Origin: an uncultured Chloroflexia bacterium
GTDB taxonomy: Bacteria > Chloroflexota > Limnocylindria > QHBO01
DNA: 64,000 bases
Assembly: GCA_963814375.1 (NCBI GenBank)
Contig: CAWFCQ010000002.1
Span: forward strand, 42,864-106,863
Reading direction: 5' to 3'
The translations under genes were made by a program, and so were the position numbers. Of this stretch, positions 50,641-61,600 are shown in pieces; positions within the stretch are counted from its first letter, which is position 1, and every line of letters begins with the position of its first letter. Under the pieces are notes generated by a model. That model was given only the letters and a program-made list of their open reading frames with translations, was not told the origin of the DNA and did no database searches.

Positions 50641-50768
50641 GTGGTCATTGTGACTGAACACGAGCCTCCGCGGGATTGCGGTGCACCCGCGCCACGGCGT
50701 GATGCGGTGCGGTGCGGTCCGGTGAGATGCCGCGAGTTGTGGCATGCATGCTGCCATGTTCCACTCCG

Positions 50769-51455
50769 ATGATGACCGCCGACCGAGCACGGAGTCGCCG
50801 ATCCCGGCGCCGCGACCGCTTCGCCACCTTCTCGGTCGCGGTCGACCTGGCCCGGCGCGGCGAGACGGTGCTCACGCTGATCGACCCTGAGGCGCGCGAC
50901 CGCGACCCCGATGGCTACGGGGAGTGGCTGCGCGCGCGCCTGACGATCGCCGAGCTGCCCCGCCTCATCGTTCCCGGATGCGACGCCCGCTGCGACGGCG
51001 CCACCCACGACCCGGATGCGCTCGTCACGCTGAGTGCGATCGCTCTCGATCCGACCGAGCCGCGGGGTCCGGACTGGTGGTCCGGCTGGAACGACAGCCT
51101 CGAGCTCGCCCATCAGTACGGCCGCACGTGGTACGCCGGCGCACCGGCCATGCCGGTCACGCCGAACCGGAGACGCCTCGCGGCGGGGACGAGCCTTCGA
51201 CGCATCGCCAGCACCGATCCGGCACGGATCGCCCACGACCGCACCGCGGAGGAGAGCCTGTACGAGATCGGTGCCGGCCCCTTCGCGGGCGACTCGCTCG
51301 TGGCGGTGAGCTTCGGCCCATCGCCCCTTCTTCCCGGGCTGGCCGGCGCCCTGATCGCGCCGGATCATCCGCCGGCCCGGGATCCCCAGGTGGCGATCCG
51401 TCTCCTGGCGGCCGGCTGGTCGGCGGTGGAGCGAGGGCTTCCGTTCGAGGAATAG
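50769..51455 (+). CDS. Hypothetical protein
   Basis: ORF with GC3-biased codons filling the gap between divergent and convergent neighbours; no motif recognised. Confidence 0.6.
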   Translation: MMTADRARSRRSRRRDRFATFSVAVDLARRGETVLTLIDPEARDRDPDGYGEWLRARLTIAELPRLIVPGCDARCDGATHDPDALVTLSAIALDPTEPRGPDWWSGWNDSLELAHQYGRTWYAGAPAMPVTPNRRRLAAGTSLRRIASTDPARIAHDRTAEESLYEIGAGPFAGDSLVAVSFGPSPLLPGLAGALIAPDHPPARDPQVAIRLLAAGWSAVERGLPFEE

Positions 51456-51461
51456 CGCTCG

Positions 51462-53486
51462 TCAGCCGCGGTCAGGCTCGGAACGCTGGCGCGGCTTGGC
51501 CCGGGCCGGCTCGGCCACCGGTCCGGCGCCGTCATGCTTCATGGTCTGCGGTGAAAGGGGCGCGTCGGACCGCATCGGTGCCGTATCGCGCTCGGCGTGG
51601 ATCACGTGCATCACGGCGTTGATCAGGGCGAGGTGCGTGAAGGCCTGGGGGAAGTTGCCGAGGTGGCGGCCGGTGTCGGGGTCGAGCTCCTCCCCGTAGA
51701 GGCCGAGCGAGCTCGCGTAGGAGAGGAGCTTCTCGCACAGGCGGCGGGCGCGATGAACCTCGCCGATCTCGACCAGCGCCGAGACGAGCCAGAAGGAGCA
51801 GATCGTGAAGCTGCCCTCGGCGCCCGAGAGGCCGTCGTCGGTGAGCTCGGTGCGATAGCGCAGGACGAGCCCGTCATCGGTCAGCTCATCCGCGATGGCG
51901 AGGACCGTGCGGCGGATGCGCTCGTCGGTCGGTGGCAGGAAGCGCACGAGCGGCATGAGCAGAAGGGAGGCGTCGAGCGCATCGGTCTCGTAGTGCTGGG
52001 TGAAGACGCCGCGCTCGTCGAGGCCGTTCTCGCAGATGTCGGCGTGGATCTCGTCCGCCGCCGCCTGCCAGCGTTCGACCAGCTCGGTTTCGTCACGCAG
52101 CCGCGCGAGGCGGGCGCCGCGATCGGCGGCCACCCAGCACATGAGCTTCGAGCTGGTGAAGTGCTTGGGATCGCCGCGCACCTCCCAGATCCCGCGGTCG
52201 CGCTCACGCCACGCCGCCAGGGCGGCCTCGACCTGGCGGACCATCAGCGGCCAGATGCGTTCATCGAGGTGGTCGCGCGACTTGGTGTGGAGATAGACCG
52301 AGTCCAGCACCGCCCCCCACACGTCGTGCTGGCGCTGCCCGTAGGCGTCGTTCCCGACGCGCACCGGGCGGGCGCCCTCGTACCCGTCGAGGTGGTCGAG
52401 GATTCGCTCCGGCAGCGCACGCTCGCCGTCGACGCCGTACATGATCTGGAGCTGCTCGTCGCGCTCTGCGACGTCGGCGATGAAGTGGAGATAGTCGTTC
52501 GCCTCCCACTCGAAACCGAGGGTGTAGAGGCCCCACAGCGCGAAGGTCGAGTCCCTGATCCAGCTGTAGCGGTAGTCCCAGTTCCGTTCGCCGCCCGGCG
52601 TCTCGGGCAGCGAGGTCGTGGGCGCAGCCACGATCGCCCCGCTCGGCGCATAGGTCAGGCCCTTGAGCGTCAGCGCCGAGCGCTCGAGGTGCGAGCGCCA
52701 GGGATGATCGGGGAACGTGCCGCGCGCCAGCCAGTGCTGCCAGTGGTGGGCGGTCCACACCAGTCGCCGGTAGGCATCGTCCGCGGTGCGGGGTCCCGCG
52801 GCTCCATTCCAGGCGAGAGCGACGAAGCGCTGCTCGCCCTCCTTGATCATCGTCCGGCCGACAGCGCGGTTGCGCTCGAAGCCGATGTTGATATCGCTGC
52901 TGAGGACGAGCTCGACGTCGCTGGCGTCCGATCGACACACGCCCTGCTGGTAGGCGTCCTCGGTGTAGCTCCACGTGCCGCGATGGAGGCCGTACTCGAA
53001 GACCGGCTCGCAATCGAGCGTCAGCTGCATCTCGCCGTTCACGCAGCGCACCATGCGCAGCAGGACATGGCTGGCGTCGTAGTCCGTCGGCGGGCGCCGA
53101 TGCGTGTGCGACCGCTCCTCGGTATGCCGCCACGGGCCGATCAGGAGGACGTCGCGCACGATCACCCAGCCGGTCGGCGAGCCCCAGCTCGTCTCGAGGA
53201 CCATGGTCCCCGGCAGGTAGCGGCGGGCAGCCGGGACGAGGATGTCGGACGGGCCGAAGCGGAAGCTGCCCGCGTCGCGGTCGAGGATCGCGCCGAAGAC
53301 GCTGGGCGAGTCGAGCCGCGGTAGGCACAGCCACTCGACATTGCCGGACGGGGCGACCAGCGCGGTGCTCTCGCAATCGGAGAGGAAGCCGTACTCGCCG
53401 ATCGGCGCGAACGGTGATGCGCCGAATGGTCGGTCGGCATCGGGCAGGCTGCGCTCGTGGCGTCCGACCAGACCCTCGCTTGCCAT
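51462..53486 (-). CDS. Glycoside hydrolase family 15 (trehalase-like)
   Basis: PIGEYGFLSDC, APTTSLPE.PGG.RNWDYRYSWIRDS, GIWEVRG, CSFWL, LGNFPQAFTHLALI. Confidence 0.93.
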   Translation of the reverse strand: MASEGLVGRHERSLPDADRPFGASPFAPIGEYGFLSDCESTALVAPSGNVEWLCLPRLDSPSVFGAILDRDAGSFRFGPSDILVPAARRYLPGTMVLETSWGSPTGWVIVRDVLLIGPWRHTEERSHTHRRPPTDYDASHVLLRMVRCVNGEMQLTLDCEPVFEYGLHRGTWSYTEDAYQQGVCRSDASDVELVLSSDINIGFERNRAVGRTMIKEGEQRFVALAWNGAAGPRTADDAYRRLVWTAHHWQHWLARGTFPDHPWRSHLERSALTLKGLTYAPSGAIVAAPTTSLPETPGGERNWDYRYSWIRDSTFALWGLYTLGFEWEANDYLHFIADVAERDEQLQIMYGVDGERALPERILDHLDGYEGARPVRVGNDAYGQRQHDVWGAVLDSVYLHTKSRDHLDERIWPLMVRQVEAALAAWRERDRGIWEVRGDPKHFTSSKLMCWVAADRGARLARLRDETELVERWQAAADEIHADICENGLDERGVFTQHYETDALDASLLLMPLVRFLPPTDERIRRTVLAIADELTDDGLVLRYRTELTDDGLSGAEGSFTICSFWLVSALVEIGEVHRARRLCEKLLSYASSLGLYGEELDPDTGRHLGNFPQAFTHLALINAVMHVIHAERDTAPMRSDAPLSPQTMKHDGAGPVAEPARAKPRQRSEPDRG

Positions 53487-53545
53487 CTTCACCTCCCGCC
53501 GATTGGGGGCGACAGTCTCACACGGAGGTGCAAGCCCCGCCAAGC

Positions 53546-54406
53546 CTACAGATCGGCCTCGAAGGTGTTGCAGCCGTTCGCCGAGCCGGATTCCATCCCG
53601 TTCGTGAACCATTCCTGGCGCTGCTCGGACGAGCCGTGGGTCCACGTCTCCGGGGTGACCTGGCCCTGGGTCTGCTCCTGGATGCGATCGTCGCCGATGA
53701 CCGATGCCGCATCGAGCGCCTGCGCGATCTGCTCCCGGCTGAGCGGCTCGAGGAAGCCGGTCTCGACCGCGTTCGCGCCCCAGACGCCGGCGAAGCAGTC
53801 GGCCATCAGCTCGACACGGACGGCGCCGCCCTCGGCCCCAGCATCGCGGCCCTGCTCGAGGAAGCCGAGCAGGTTCTCCATGTGGTGCCCGTATTCGTGG
53901 GCGATCACGTACATCTCCGCGAAGGGCCCGCCCTCCGCGCCGAACCTCGACTCGAGCTCGTCGTAGAAGCCGAGATCGATGTAGATCGTCTGGTCCAGCG
54001 GGCAGTAGAACGGCCCGACCGCGCTCGTGGCGCCGCCGCAGGCGGTGTTGACTGCTTCGCTGAAGACCTCGACACCCGGCTGCTGGAACTCACCCTGGTT
54101 GGCGTAGGCTTCGGCCCAGTAGGCGTCCAGGCTCTGGATCGCCCCGAGCAGACGGCAGTCCTGCCGCGTGTTCGCGTCCGCGCCGGTCTCGCACTCGCTG
54201 ATCGCCTGGCTGCCGACCGGACCCTCGCTCAGTCCGCCTCCCAAGCCGGCCAGGTCGCCGAGATCGCCGCCGAACAGGAGGACGACGGCGACGAGGATCA
54301 GGCTGCCAAGCCCGCCGCCCACCGCGAGGCCGCCACCGCTGACGCGGCGTCCACGGCTGTCGCGGACCCGGCCCGGATCGAGGTCAACATCCCGTCGAAA
54401 GGTCAT
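53546..54406 (-). CDS. Neutral zinc metallopeptidase (YpfJ family)
   Basis: MTFRRDVDLD...GGGLG N-terminus, GPFYCPLD..IYIDLGF, YVIAHEYGHH, ELMADCFAG, THGSSEQR. Confidence 0.92.
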   Translation of the reverse strand: MTFRRDVDLDPGRVRDSRGRRVSGGGLAVGGGLGSLILVAVVLLFGGDLGDLAGLGGGLSEGPVGSQAISECETGADANTRQDCRLLGAIQSLDAYWAEAYANQGEFQQPGVEVFSEAVNTACGGATSAVGPFYCPLDQTIYIDLGFYDELESRFGAEGGPFAEMYVIAHEYGHHMENLLGFLEQGRDAGAEGGAVRVELMADCFAGVWGANAVETGFLEPLSREQIAQALDAASVIGDDRIQEQTQGQVTPETWTHGSSEQRQEWFTNGMESGSANGCNTFEADL

Positions 54407-54513
54407 GTGGTGCGCTCTCCGAGTCGATTGATCATTCGCTTGGTCGCTGAGCGACCACTGCCGCATCCATAGCGTCCGGCGTGCCAGCGCCGGTCGGATG
54501 CGTGATTCCGCGC

Positions 54514-55553
54514 TCACGGCGCCAGCCGTCTCGGCCAGCCAGCCGATGGCCTCCGGATACCGCCACTCGATGCCCGCGTGGGTCCCGTCGAAGAGCTCGT
54601 AATGCACGATCGGCTCCCCGATGCCGATCGACTCCAGCTCGGCGCGAAACGCGTCGGCGCCCAGGTCGAGGTAGAAGTCGTCGCTGCGCCCGGCGTCGAT
54701 CCAGATCGCGCGAAGCGAGCGCAGCGCGTCGGCGTGGCGGGCGACCATCCGCACCGGGTCCCACGCGAGCCAGCGTTCCCAGACGTCAGGGCGCAGCCGG
54801 CCGGTGGTCGGCTCGAACGGGACCTGGACCGTGCCGTCGGCATCGGCGGAGTAGCAGGCGGCCATGCACCATGTGTTCAGGAGAGCGTCGTCCGACCGCT
54901 TCGGACGGCCGGGACGGTCGCGGACGTCCGCCCAGAACGCGTCGAACGAGCCGTCGTACATGTCGCGCAGGGAACGGGCCGCGTCACGGAAGTCCGGCAG
55001 ATAGCACGCCTCGAAGAGGGCGTCGCCCGCATGCGTGGCGAGGCCCCCGAAGAGGTCGGGGCGCAGCATCGGCGTGACCATGGCGCCGTAGCCGCCGCTG
55101 CTCTTGCCGGCGATGCCGCGGTGCGCCGCCGCGGCCAGCGTGCGGTAGCGATCGTCGACGAATGGCACGACCTCGTCGCAGAGGTACGTGTGGTAGCGCC
55201 CGGTCGCCGCCGAGTCGAGGAACTGGGACCCGCCGATGCTGGTCCAGGCGTCGACGAAGACGACGAGCGCGGGTGTCGCCGCGGAGGCGAACCAGGCGTC
55301 GATCGTCTCGATCGGCGACGCCACGAACGCCTTGCGGTTGCGCCACATGTCGAGCTGGCCGGTCAGCCCCTGGATGACGTACACGGTCGGGTATCGGCGA
55401 TCCGCGTCCTCGTCGTAGCCGGGCGGCGTGTAGACGTACAGGGGCCGCACATGCGGGTCGCCCAGCGGATTGCCGGTGAGTGCCTGGCTGTCGATCGTGA
55501 TGCTCGTCGAGCCGGCCCGCCCAGCGGTGGCCCCAGGGTGGCGGTAGCTCCAT
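54514..55553 (-). pseudogene. Putative esterase (alpha/beta hydrolase) with two apparent +1 frameshifts (~55499 and ~54529; possible sequencing errors)
   Basis: MELPPPWGHRWAGRLDEH joins TIDSQALTGNPLGDPHVRPLYVYTPPGY; GKSSGG nucleophile; C-terminus WLAE joins RLAP-stop at 54514; span 1040 nt = 3n+2. Confidence 0.8.
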
Positions 55554-55601
55554 CGGCGGAGCGTAGCAGGCGTGAGCGGTCACCGGCCCCCTGGGTGTCC
55601 C

Positions 55602-56327
55602 TCAGGTCTCCCCGCGCAGCTCGACGGTCTCGAGACGTCTCACGGCCAGGATCGCGGCACCGGCGGTCACCACCACGATCGCGCCGATCGCGACCTGCAG
55701 GCCGATCTCCGCGACTCCGGTCGCGTTCTCCCCGCCGAGCGCCTCCGCGACCGCCAGCACGTGCTGGCGGACGCTGAACGTGCGGGTGCCGGCGAAGAGC
55801 CCGGCCACGACGCCCTCCCAGATGACGACGTATGCCAGCCCGACGATCAGCGCGCGCGACGTGACGAGCGACAGCGCGACGAAGATCGCGGTGTACTCGA
55901 GGGCCCCCACGGTCGCCGCCACCGCGAAGGCGATGGCGAGCGCCGGATCGTCCAGGCCGATGAGCCCGGCAACGAGCGTCGCGGGAACCACGAGGAGCGC
56001 GACGACGACCCAGGCCACGAGGAGCTTCACGATCACGATCCGCCACCTCGGGACGGGCCGGGCCAGGAGGTAGACGATCGTCCCGTCGTCGAGCTCGGAA
56101 CCGATCGCCGCGGTCCCGACGATCACGGCGACGAGTGGCAGGAGGACGCCGATGGCGAGGTCGCTGAGCAGGGTCCGCGTGACCTCCCGCGCCTGCTCGG
56201 GCGTCGGCTCGCTGAGAAGGAAGAGGCCGACGATCGCGATCAGCATGACCCCGAGCAGCGCCAGCAGCAGCGTGCGCCGACGGTTCAGGAGCGAGCGGAG
56301 GGTGATCGAGACGAGCGCTCCGGTCAT
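55602..56327 (-). CDS. ABC-2 type transporter permease
   Basis: SELDDGTIVYLLARPVPRWRIV..K; six TM helices. Confidence 0.88.
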   Translation of the reverse strand: MTGALVSITLRSLLNRRRTLLLALLGVMLIAIVGLFLLSEPTPEQAREVTRTLLSDLAIGVLLPLVAVIVGTAAIGSELDDGTIVYLLARPVPRWRIVIVKLLVAWVVVALLVVPATLVAGLIGLDDPALAIAFAVAATVGALEYTAIFVALSLVTSRALIVGLAYVVIWEGVVAGLFAGTRTFSVRQHVLAVAEALGGENATGVAEIGLQVAIGAIVVVTAGAAILAVRRLETVELRGET

Positions 56328-57235
56328 CGGCGAACGAGGTAGCTGAAGACCGATTCGAGCGACTCGTCTGCCGGCCGCAGCTCGAGGAGCGACACCCCCG
56401 CGCGCTGTGCGGCCGGGCCGACGTTCCGCGTCAGCGCGCCGTAGTCGCGGGTGCTGACGGTGAGGACGCCCTCGTGCAGGTTGACGGCATCGACCTCCGG
56501 CGTGGCGAGGAGCTCGCGCGCGAGCCGCCGATCGTCGCTCGAGCGGAGCGTGAAGCTGTGCGGTCGATCGGTCATCAGGCGGCGGATCCGCCGGAAGTCG
56601 CCCGACGCGGCCAGCCGTCCGGCGACCACGACGAGGACCTGGTCCGAGAGCCGCTCGACCTCCTCGAGGATGTGGCTGCTGAACAGGATGGTCCGACCCT
56701 CGGCCGCCATCGAGCGGAGCAGGCCCATCATGTGAAGCCGCTGACGCGGATCCATGCCATTGAAGGGCTCGTCGAGGATGAGGACCGACGGATCGTGGAC
56801 GAGCGCGGCCGCGACCTTCACCCGCTGGCGCATGCCCTTCGAGTAGCCGCCGATCGCGCGCCCGGCGGCGTCATGCAGGTCGACCAGGCCGATGGCTCGC
56901 TCTGCCGCACCGCCCGGATCGTCGAGCTCCTGGAGCCTGGCGGCGGCGGTCACGAACTGGAGCCCGGTCAGGAAGCCGTACACAGCCTCGCGCTCGGGGA
57001 CGAGGCCCACCCGCCGGTACAGCTCGGGATGCCGCCAGGTCGGAGTCTCATCGAGCTGTACGGTGCCGGCGCTCGGGCGGAGGAAGCCGGCCATCATGTG
57101 CAGCAGGGTCGTCTTGCCGGCTCCGTTCGGGCCGAGCAGGCCGGTGATGCCAGCCCCCACTTCGAAGGTCACATCGTTGACCGCGACGACGTTGCCATAC
57201 CAGCGCGACGCGGCCTCGAGGCGCAGGACGCTCAT
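56324..57235 (-). CDS. ABC transporter ATP-binding protein
   Basis: GPNGAGKTT, YSKGMRQR, ILDEP, SSH. Confidence 0.93.
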   Translation of the reverse strand: MSVLRLEAASRWYGNVVAVNDVTFEVGAGITGLLGPNGAGKTTLLHMMAGFLRPSAGTVQLDETPTWRHPELYRRVGLVPEREAVYGFLTGLQFVTAAARLQELDDPGGAAERAIGLVDLHDAAGRAIGGYSKGMRQRVKVAAALVHDPSVLILDEPFNGMDPRQRLHMMGLLRSMAAEGRTILFSSHILEEVERLSDQVLVVVAGRLAASGDFRRIRRLMTDRPHSFTLRSSDDRRLARELLATPEVDAVNLHEGVLTVSTRDYGALTRNVGPAAQRAGVSLLELRPADESLESVFSYLVRR

Positions 57236-58119
57236 ACCGTGATGCGCCGATAGCGCACGAAGAGCACGAGCCACGATCCCAGCAGGAGAACGGCAGTCGC
57301 GAGCCCATACACGGGGAGCGGAACGCTGCTCGACCCGACCGGCGACTGGGCAACTTCGCCGCCGAACACCCATTGTCGAGCGCCGTCGATGATGCTCAGC
57401 GGGTTGAGGAACGGCGCCCAGTCGTCGAACGCCCCGCCCGCCTCTCTGAGCACCTCGCTGATCACTCCGCCGATGAGGAACACGGCCAGGACCGCGCCGG
57501 CGGCGTATGCGCGGCGCGAGGCGAGGGAGCAGATCGCGATTCCGACGCTCGCCAGCACGACCGCGTGAAGCACCCCGCTGCCGACGATGGCGGGAAGGGA
57601 GCCGATCTCGTCACCCAGCGCCCCAAGCAGGTCGTCGGCGGCGAGGACCTTGCCGACGAAGAGGATGAGCAGCGGCAGGAGCGTCAGCGACAGGAGGCCC
57701 AGCGTGAGGGCCACGAGCTTGGCGCTGACGTAGTCGAAGCGGCTCATCGGCCGGCTGAAGTAGAGCGGCAGCACGCGGTAGCGGATGTCGTTGACGACGA
57801 GCTCCGGCGCCTGGGCGGCGAGGAAGATCCCGAAGAGCCCGCCGATCTGCCAGAGGTAGTTGTCGTAGTCGTAGAGGTCCGGGATGATGTCGCCCGCCAG
57901 GACCCGAACGGCGACCGCCACGATTGCCGGCAGGATGGCGAGGATCACGGCTCCCCACGGGATGATCTTCGAGCGCCCCGAGCGCCCGAACCCGAAGACG
58001 GCGCGCACGCCGGCCCGCACGACGGCGCCGACCGCACCGCCACGACCGAGGCGCGGGCCGTCATAGCGGCGGTAGCCGATGTCGTAGATCGTCCCCCCGG
58101 CGTCGGCCTGGGCGGTCAT
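57232..58119 (-). CDS. ABC-2 type transporter permease
   Basis: IYDIGYRRYDGPRLG, DIRYRVLPLYFSRP.SRFDY..AK; multiple TM helices. Confidence 0.88.
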   Translation of the reverse strand: MTAQADAGGTIYDIGYRRYDGPRLGRGGAVGAVVRAGVRAVFGFGRSGRSKIIPWGAVILAILPAIVAVAVRVLAGDIIPDLYDYDNYLWQIGGLFGIFLAAQAPELVVNDIRYRVLPLYFSRPMSRFDYVSAKLVALTLGLLSLTLLPLLILFVGKVLAADDLLGALGDEIGSLPAIVGSGVLHAVVLASVGIAICSLASRRAYAAGAVLAVFLIGGVISEVLREAGGAFDDWAPFLNPLSIIDGARQWVFGGEVAQSPVGSSSVPLPVYGLATAVLLLGSWLVLFVRYRRITV

Positions 58120-59039
58120 GCGGCGCTCTCGTCGCGGAAGAGGTCCTCGAGCTGGTGGCGCCGATGCTCGATCCTCACGAGCGGCATACCGAGCGCGACC
58201 GCCTCGTCGCGCACGGCGTCGTAGACGTCGAACTCGCCGCCGCCGGCCGAAGCGATCTCGACGAGCACCGTGCGTCCGGTCGCCGTCGCCGTCAGCCCGC
58301 GGCCCGTGAGCCGCTCCGCGAGCGGACCGGCCGCCTCCTCGGTCTCGACCACCAGCTGGCCGGTGCGCTCGGTGAAGCTCGTCAGCGGCGCGGTTCGCAG
58401 CAGCCGCCCGGCGTCGATCGCGACGAGCCAGTCGGCGACGCGCTCGATCTCGCCCAGGAGGTGGCTTGCGACGACCACGGTCATCCCGAAGTCGCGCCCG
58501 ATCCGTTCGATCAGGCCGAGCATCTCGTCGCGGCCCGCCGGGTCGAGCCCGTTGGTCGGCTCGTCCAGGAAGAGCAGGCGCGGGTCGTGGACGATGGCCT
58601 GGGCGAGCTTGACGCGCTGCTTCATGCCGGTCGAGTAGCCCCCGATCGGCCGATACCGCTCCTCGTAGAGGCCGACATGGCGAAGCACGTCCGCCGTCCG
58701 CTCGCGTGCCGCGCCTCCCGGCAGTCCGGAGACGCGGGCCATGTGGCTCACGAACTCGGTGGCGCTGACGTCCGTCGGCAGGCAGTCGTGCTCGGGCATG
58801 TAGCCGACCAGCTCGCGGATCCGTGCTCCCTGGCTCCGCGTGTCCAGGTCGAGGACGGTGGCGTCGCCCTCGGTCGGCTCGAGCAGACCCAGCAGGATCT
58901 TGATCAGCGTGCTCTTGCCGGCCCCGTTGGCGCCCACGAGGCCGATGACGCCTTCGCCGATCTCGACACTGAGGCCGGCGAGCGCGGTGACGCCGCCGGG
59001 GTAGCGCTTCGTGAGCGCCCGGGTGCTGATGAGGGACAT
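58116..59039 (-). CDS. ABC transporter ATP-binding protein
   Basis: GANGAGKST, YSTGMKQR, FLDEPTNGLDP, ASH. Confidence 0.93.
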   Translation of the reverse strand: MSLISTRALTKRYPGGVTALAGLSVEIGEGVIGLVGANGAGKSTLIKILLGLLEPTEGDATVLDLDTRSQGARIRELVGYMPEHDCLPTDVSATEFVSHMARVSGLPGGAARERTADVLRHVGLYEERYRPIGGYSTGMKQRVKLAQAIVHDPRLLFLDEPTNGLDPAGRDEMLGLIERIGRDFGMTVVVASHLLGEIERVADWLVAIDAGRLLRTAPLTSFTERTGQLVVETEEAAGPLAERLTGRGLTATATGRTVLVEIASAGGGEFDVYDAVRDEAVALGMPLVRIEHRRHQLEDLFRDESAA

Positions 59040-59062
59040 GCGCCCCTCAGTCTAGAGGGCGG

Positions 59063-59260
59063 CTACATGTGCGGTTCGTACGACGGGTCGAGGAATTTCG
59101 CGGGGTCCTCCTCGAAGTCCAGCTTGCAGCCTCGACCGCAGAAGTAGTACGTCGCCCCGTCATGTTCCGCGCTGAGTCCCCCTGCGCCGGCGATCTCCTC
59201 GTTGACCTTCATGCCGCACACGGGATCGGTTGCCGTCGGTGTCGTCGGTAGCTCGTTCAT
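59063..59260 (-). CDS. YHS/TRASH-domain metal-binding protein
   Basis: DPVCGMKV...[20 protein letters not shown]; ATGA overlap with copA stop. Confidence 0.88.
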   Translation of the reverse strand: MNELPTTPTATDPVCGMKVNEEIAGAGGLSAEHDGATYYFCGRGCKLDFEEDPAKFLDPSYEPHM

Positions 59261-61535
59261 CGGATCTCCATGGAGTTCTGACCGGTCATGCGGAAGGCGC
59301 GAAGCCGCAGCGAGTTGCCGACGACGCTCACGCTCGAGAGGGCCATGGCGGCGGCCGCCAGCGCCGGGTTCAGCAGCAGCCCTGCCACCGGGTAGAGGAT
59401 CCCGGCCGCGACCGGGATGAGGAGGACGTTGTATCCGAAGGCCCAGCCCAGGTTCTGCCGGATCGTTCGCATCGTGGCGCGCGACAGGCGCACGGTGGTC
59501 GGCACACCGCCGAGGTCGTCTCGAACCAGGGTGATGTCCGATGCCTGGAGCGCGACGTCGGCGCCGGTGCCGATCGAGATCCCGACATCGGCCCGTGCCA
59601 GCGCCGGGGCGTCATTGATCCCGTCGCCGACCATCGCGACGACGGCGCCGGATGCCGCCAGCTCTTCGACGAACGCGGCCTTGTCGCCCGGCAGGACCTC
59701 GGCCCGGATGCGTTCCGGTCCGATGCCGACGAGCTCGCCGACGGCTTCCGCCGTCGTCCGCCGATCGCCGGTCACCATCCAGACATCGATGCCGAGCCCG
59801 CGAAGCGCGGCGACCGCATCGGCCGCCCTCGGCTTGACGGTGTCGGCCAGGCCGACCTCGCCGATGAGCTCGCCGTCGCGCGCCACGTGAACCAGGGACA
59901 TGCCGGGATCGCCTCCTTCGTCGGGCGGGGAGGCATCGATCCCTGCGTCGGAGAGGAACCGAGCGGTCCCGACCAGGATCTCGGCGCCTTCGACCGTGGC
60001 GCGAACGCCCATCCCGGCGACGGCGGCGAACGACGTCGCCTCGAGCGGCTCGATGCCGAGGAGGTCGGCGTGGCGAACGATCGCCTCGCCAAGCGGGTGC
60101 TCGCTGCCACGCTCTGCGGTCGCGGCGAGACGCAGGAGCGCGCGCTCATCGACTCCCGCAGCCGGCCGCACCACGGTCACCGATGGCTCTCCGCGCGTGA
60201 TGGTGCCCGTCTTGTCCAGGACGACGGCGTCGATGCGCTCCGCGTGCTCGAGCGCGGCGCCGTCGCGGACGAGGACCCCGTTCTCGGCCCCCTTGCCGGT
60301 GCCGACCATGATCGCGGTAGGGGTGGCGAGACCCATGGCACAGGGGCAGGCGATGATGAGGACGGCGATCGCCGAGCTCAATGCCAGCGGCAGGCGAGGT
60401 TCCGGACCGAGCAGCATCCAACCGGCGAAGGTCACAGCGGCGATGACCATGACGGCGGGGACGAACCATCCGGTGACGCGATCGGCGACCCGCTGGATCG
60501 GCGCCTTGGACCCCTGGGCACGCTCGACGAGCGCGACGATCTGCGCGAGCGCGGTCTCGCTCCCGACGCGCTCGGCCCGCATGACGAACGACCCGCTCGC
60601 GTTGATGGTGGCGCCGATGGCCCGGTCGCCGCTGCGCTTCTCGACGGGGAGGGCCTCGCCGGTCAACATCGACTCGTCGACGGCCGAGGCACCGTCGACG
60701 ATCACGCCGTCGACGGGGATGCGGTCACCCGGGCGCACCCGCAGCAGGTCGCCGATCGCGACCTGCTCGACGGGGACCTCTCGCTCACCGCCGTCGCGCA
60801 GGACGCGCGCCGTTGGAGGCTGAAGATTGAGGAGCGCCTTGACGGCCCCGGCCGCGCGTCCCTTGGCGCGCGCCTCGAGCCATCGACCGAAGAGGACGAG
60901 TCCGATGATGACCGCGGCGGTGTCGAAGTAGGTCTCGTGGGACAGTCCGGCCGCCATCACCGCCTCGGGCATGAGGGTGATGAACAGCGAGTAGCCGTAC
61001 GCGGCCATCGTCCCGAGGGCGACGAGCGTGTTCATGTTCGCCTCGCCGTGCCGCGCGCCGCGCAGGGCGGCCACGAGGAACCGGCGCCCGAACACGAACT
61101 GGACGATCGTTGCCGGCACGAGGAGCCAGCGATTGATCTGCTCCATCGGCCACGGCGCGCCGCCGGGCCAGAACATGATCGCCATCATCACCACACCGAT
61201 GCCCAGCGACGCGAGTGCCTGGAACAACAGCTCCCGCTGCTCGGTAACGTGTGCCGCCTCCTCGGCATGCTCGGCTCCCATCGAGGCGCCGGAGCTTTGG
61301 CGGCGACGTCATATCCGGCGGCCTCGATCGCGGCCACGATCCCAGTGCGGTCGATGCGCGCCGGGTCGAAGCGCACCGTGGCCCGCTCGGTGGCGAGGTT
61401 CACGGTCGCCTCGTCGACGCCCTCCGCGCGGTTCACGAACCGCTCGATCCGGTTGACGCAGCTGGCGCAGGTCATGCCGAGCACGCTGATCGAGATCTCG
61501 GACGTCGGCGGCGACGTGGGGGAAGCGTTTGTCAT
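59257..61535 (-). pseudogene. copA: Cu(+)-translocating P1B-type ATPase with N-terminal HMA domain; apparent -1 frameshift at ~61287 (possible sequencing error)
   Basis: GMTCASC HMA in one frame; [35 protein letters not shown] in the other; span 2279 nt = 3n+2. Confidence 0.9.
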
Positions 61536-61546
61536 CGGCTGACAGG

Positions 61547-61563
61547 ATACTACAGGGGAGTAT
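61547..61563. promoter_or_regulatory. CsoR-like copper operator overlapping the copA -10 (TATACT, minus strand, 61559-61564)
   Basis: ATACT-acagggg-AGTAT inverted repeat with G-tract, immediately upstream of copA. Confidence 0.6.
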
Positions 61564-61600
61564 ATGAGCCTAGCGGCGCGGCAGGCCAATTCGGTGGCCA

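Noticed and set aside
53546-55450. 634-aa ORF that looks like an esterase-metallopeptidase fusion
   Set aside because: Read-through is caused by an apparent extra base at ~54529. The esterase ends WLAE-RLAP-stop at 54514 in the shifted frame, the linker is low-quality sequence, and the YpfJ gene has its own RBS and start at 54406.
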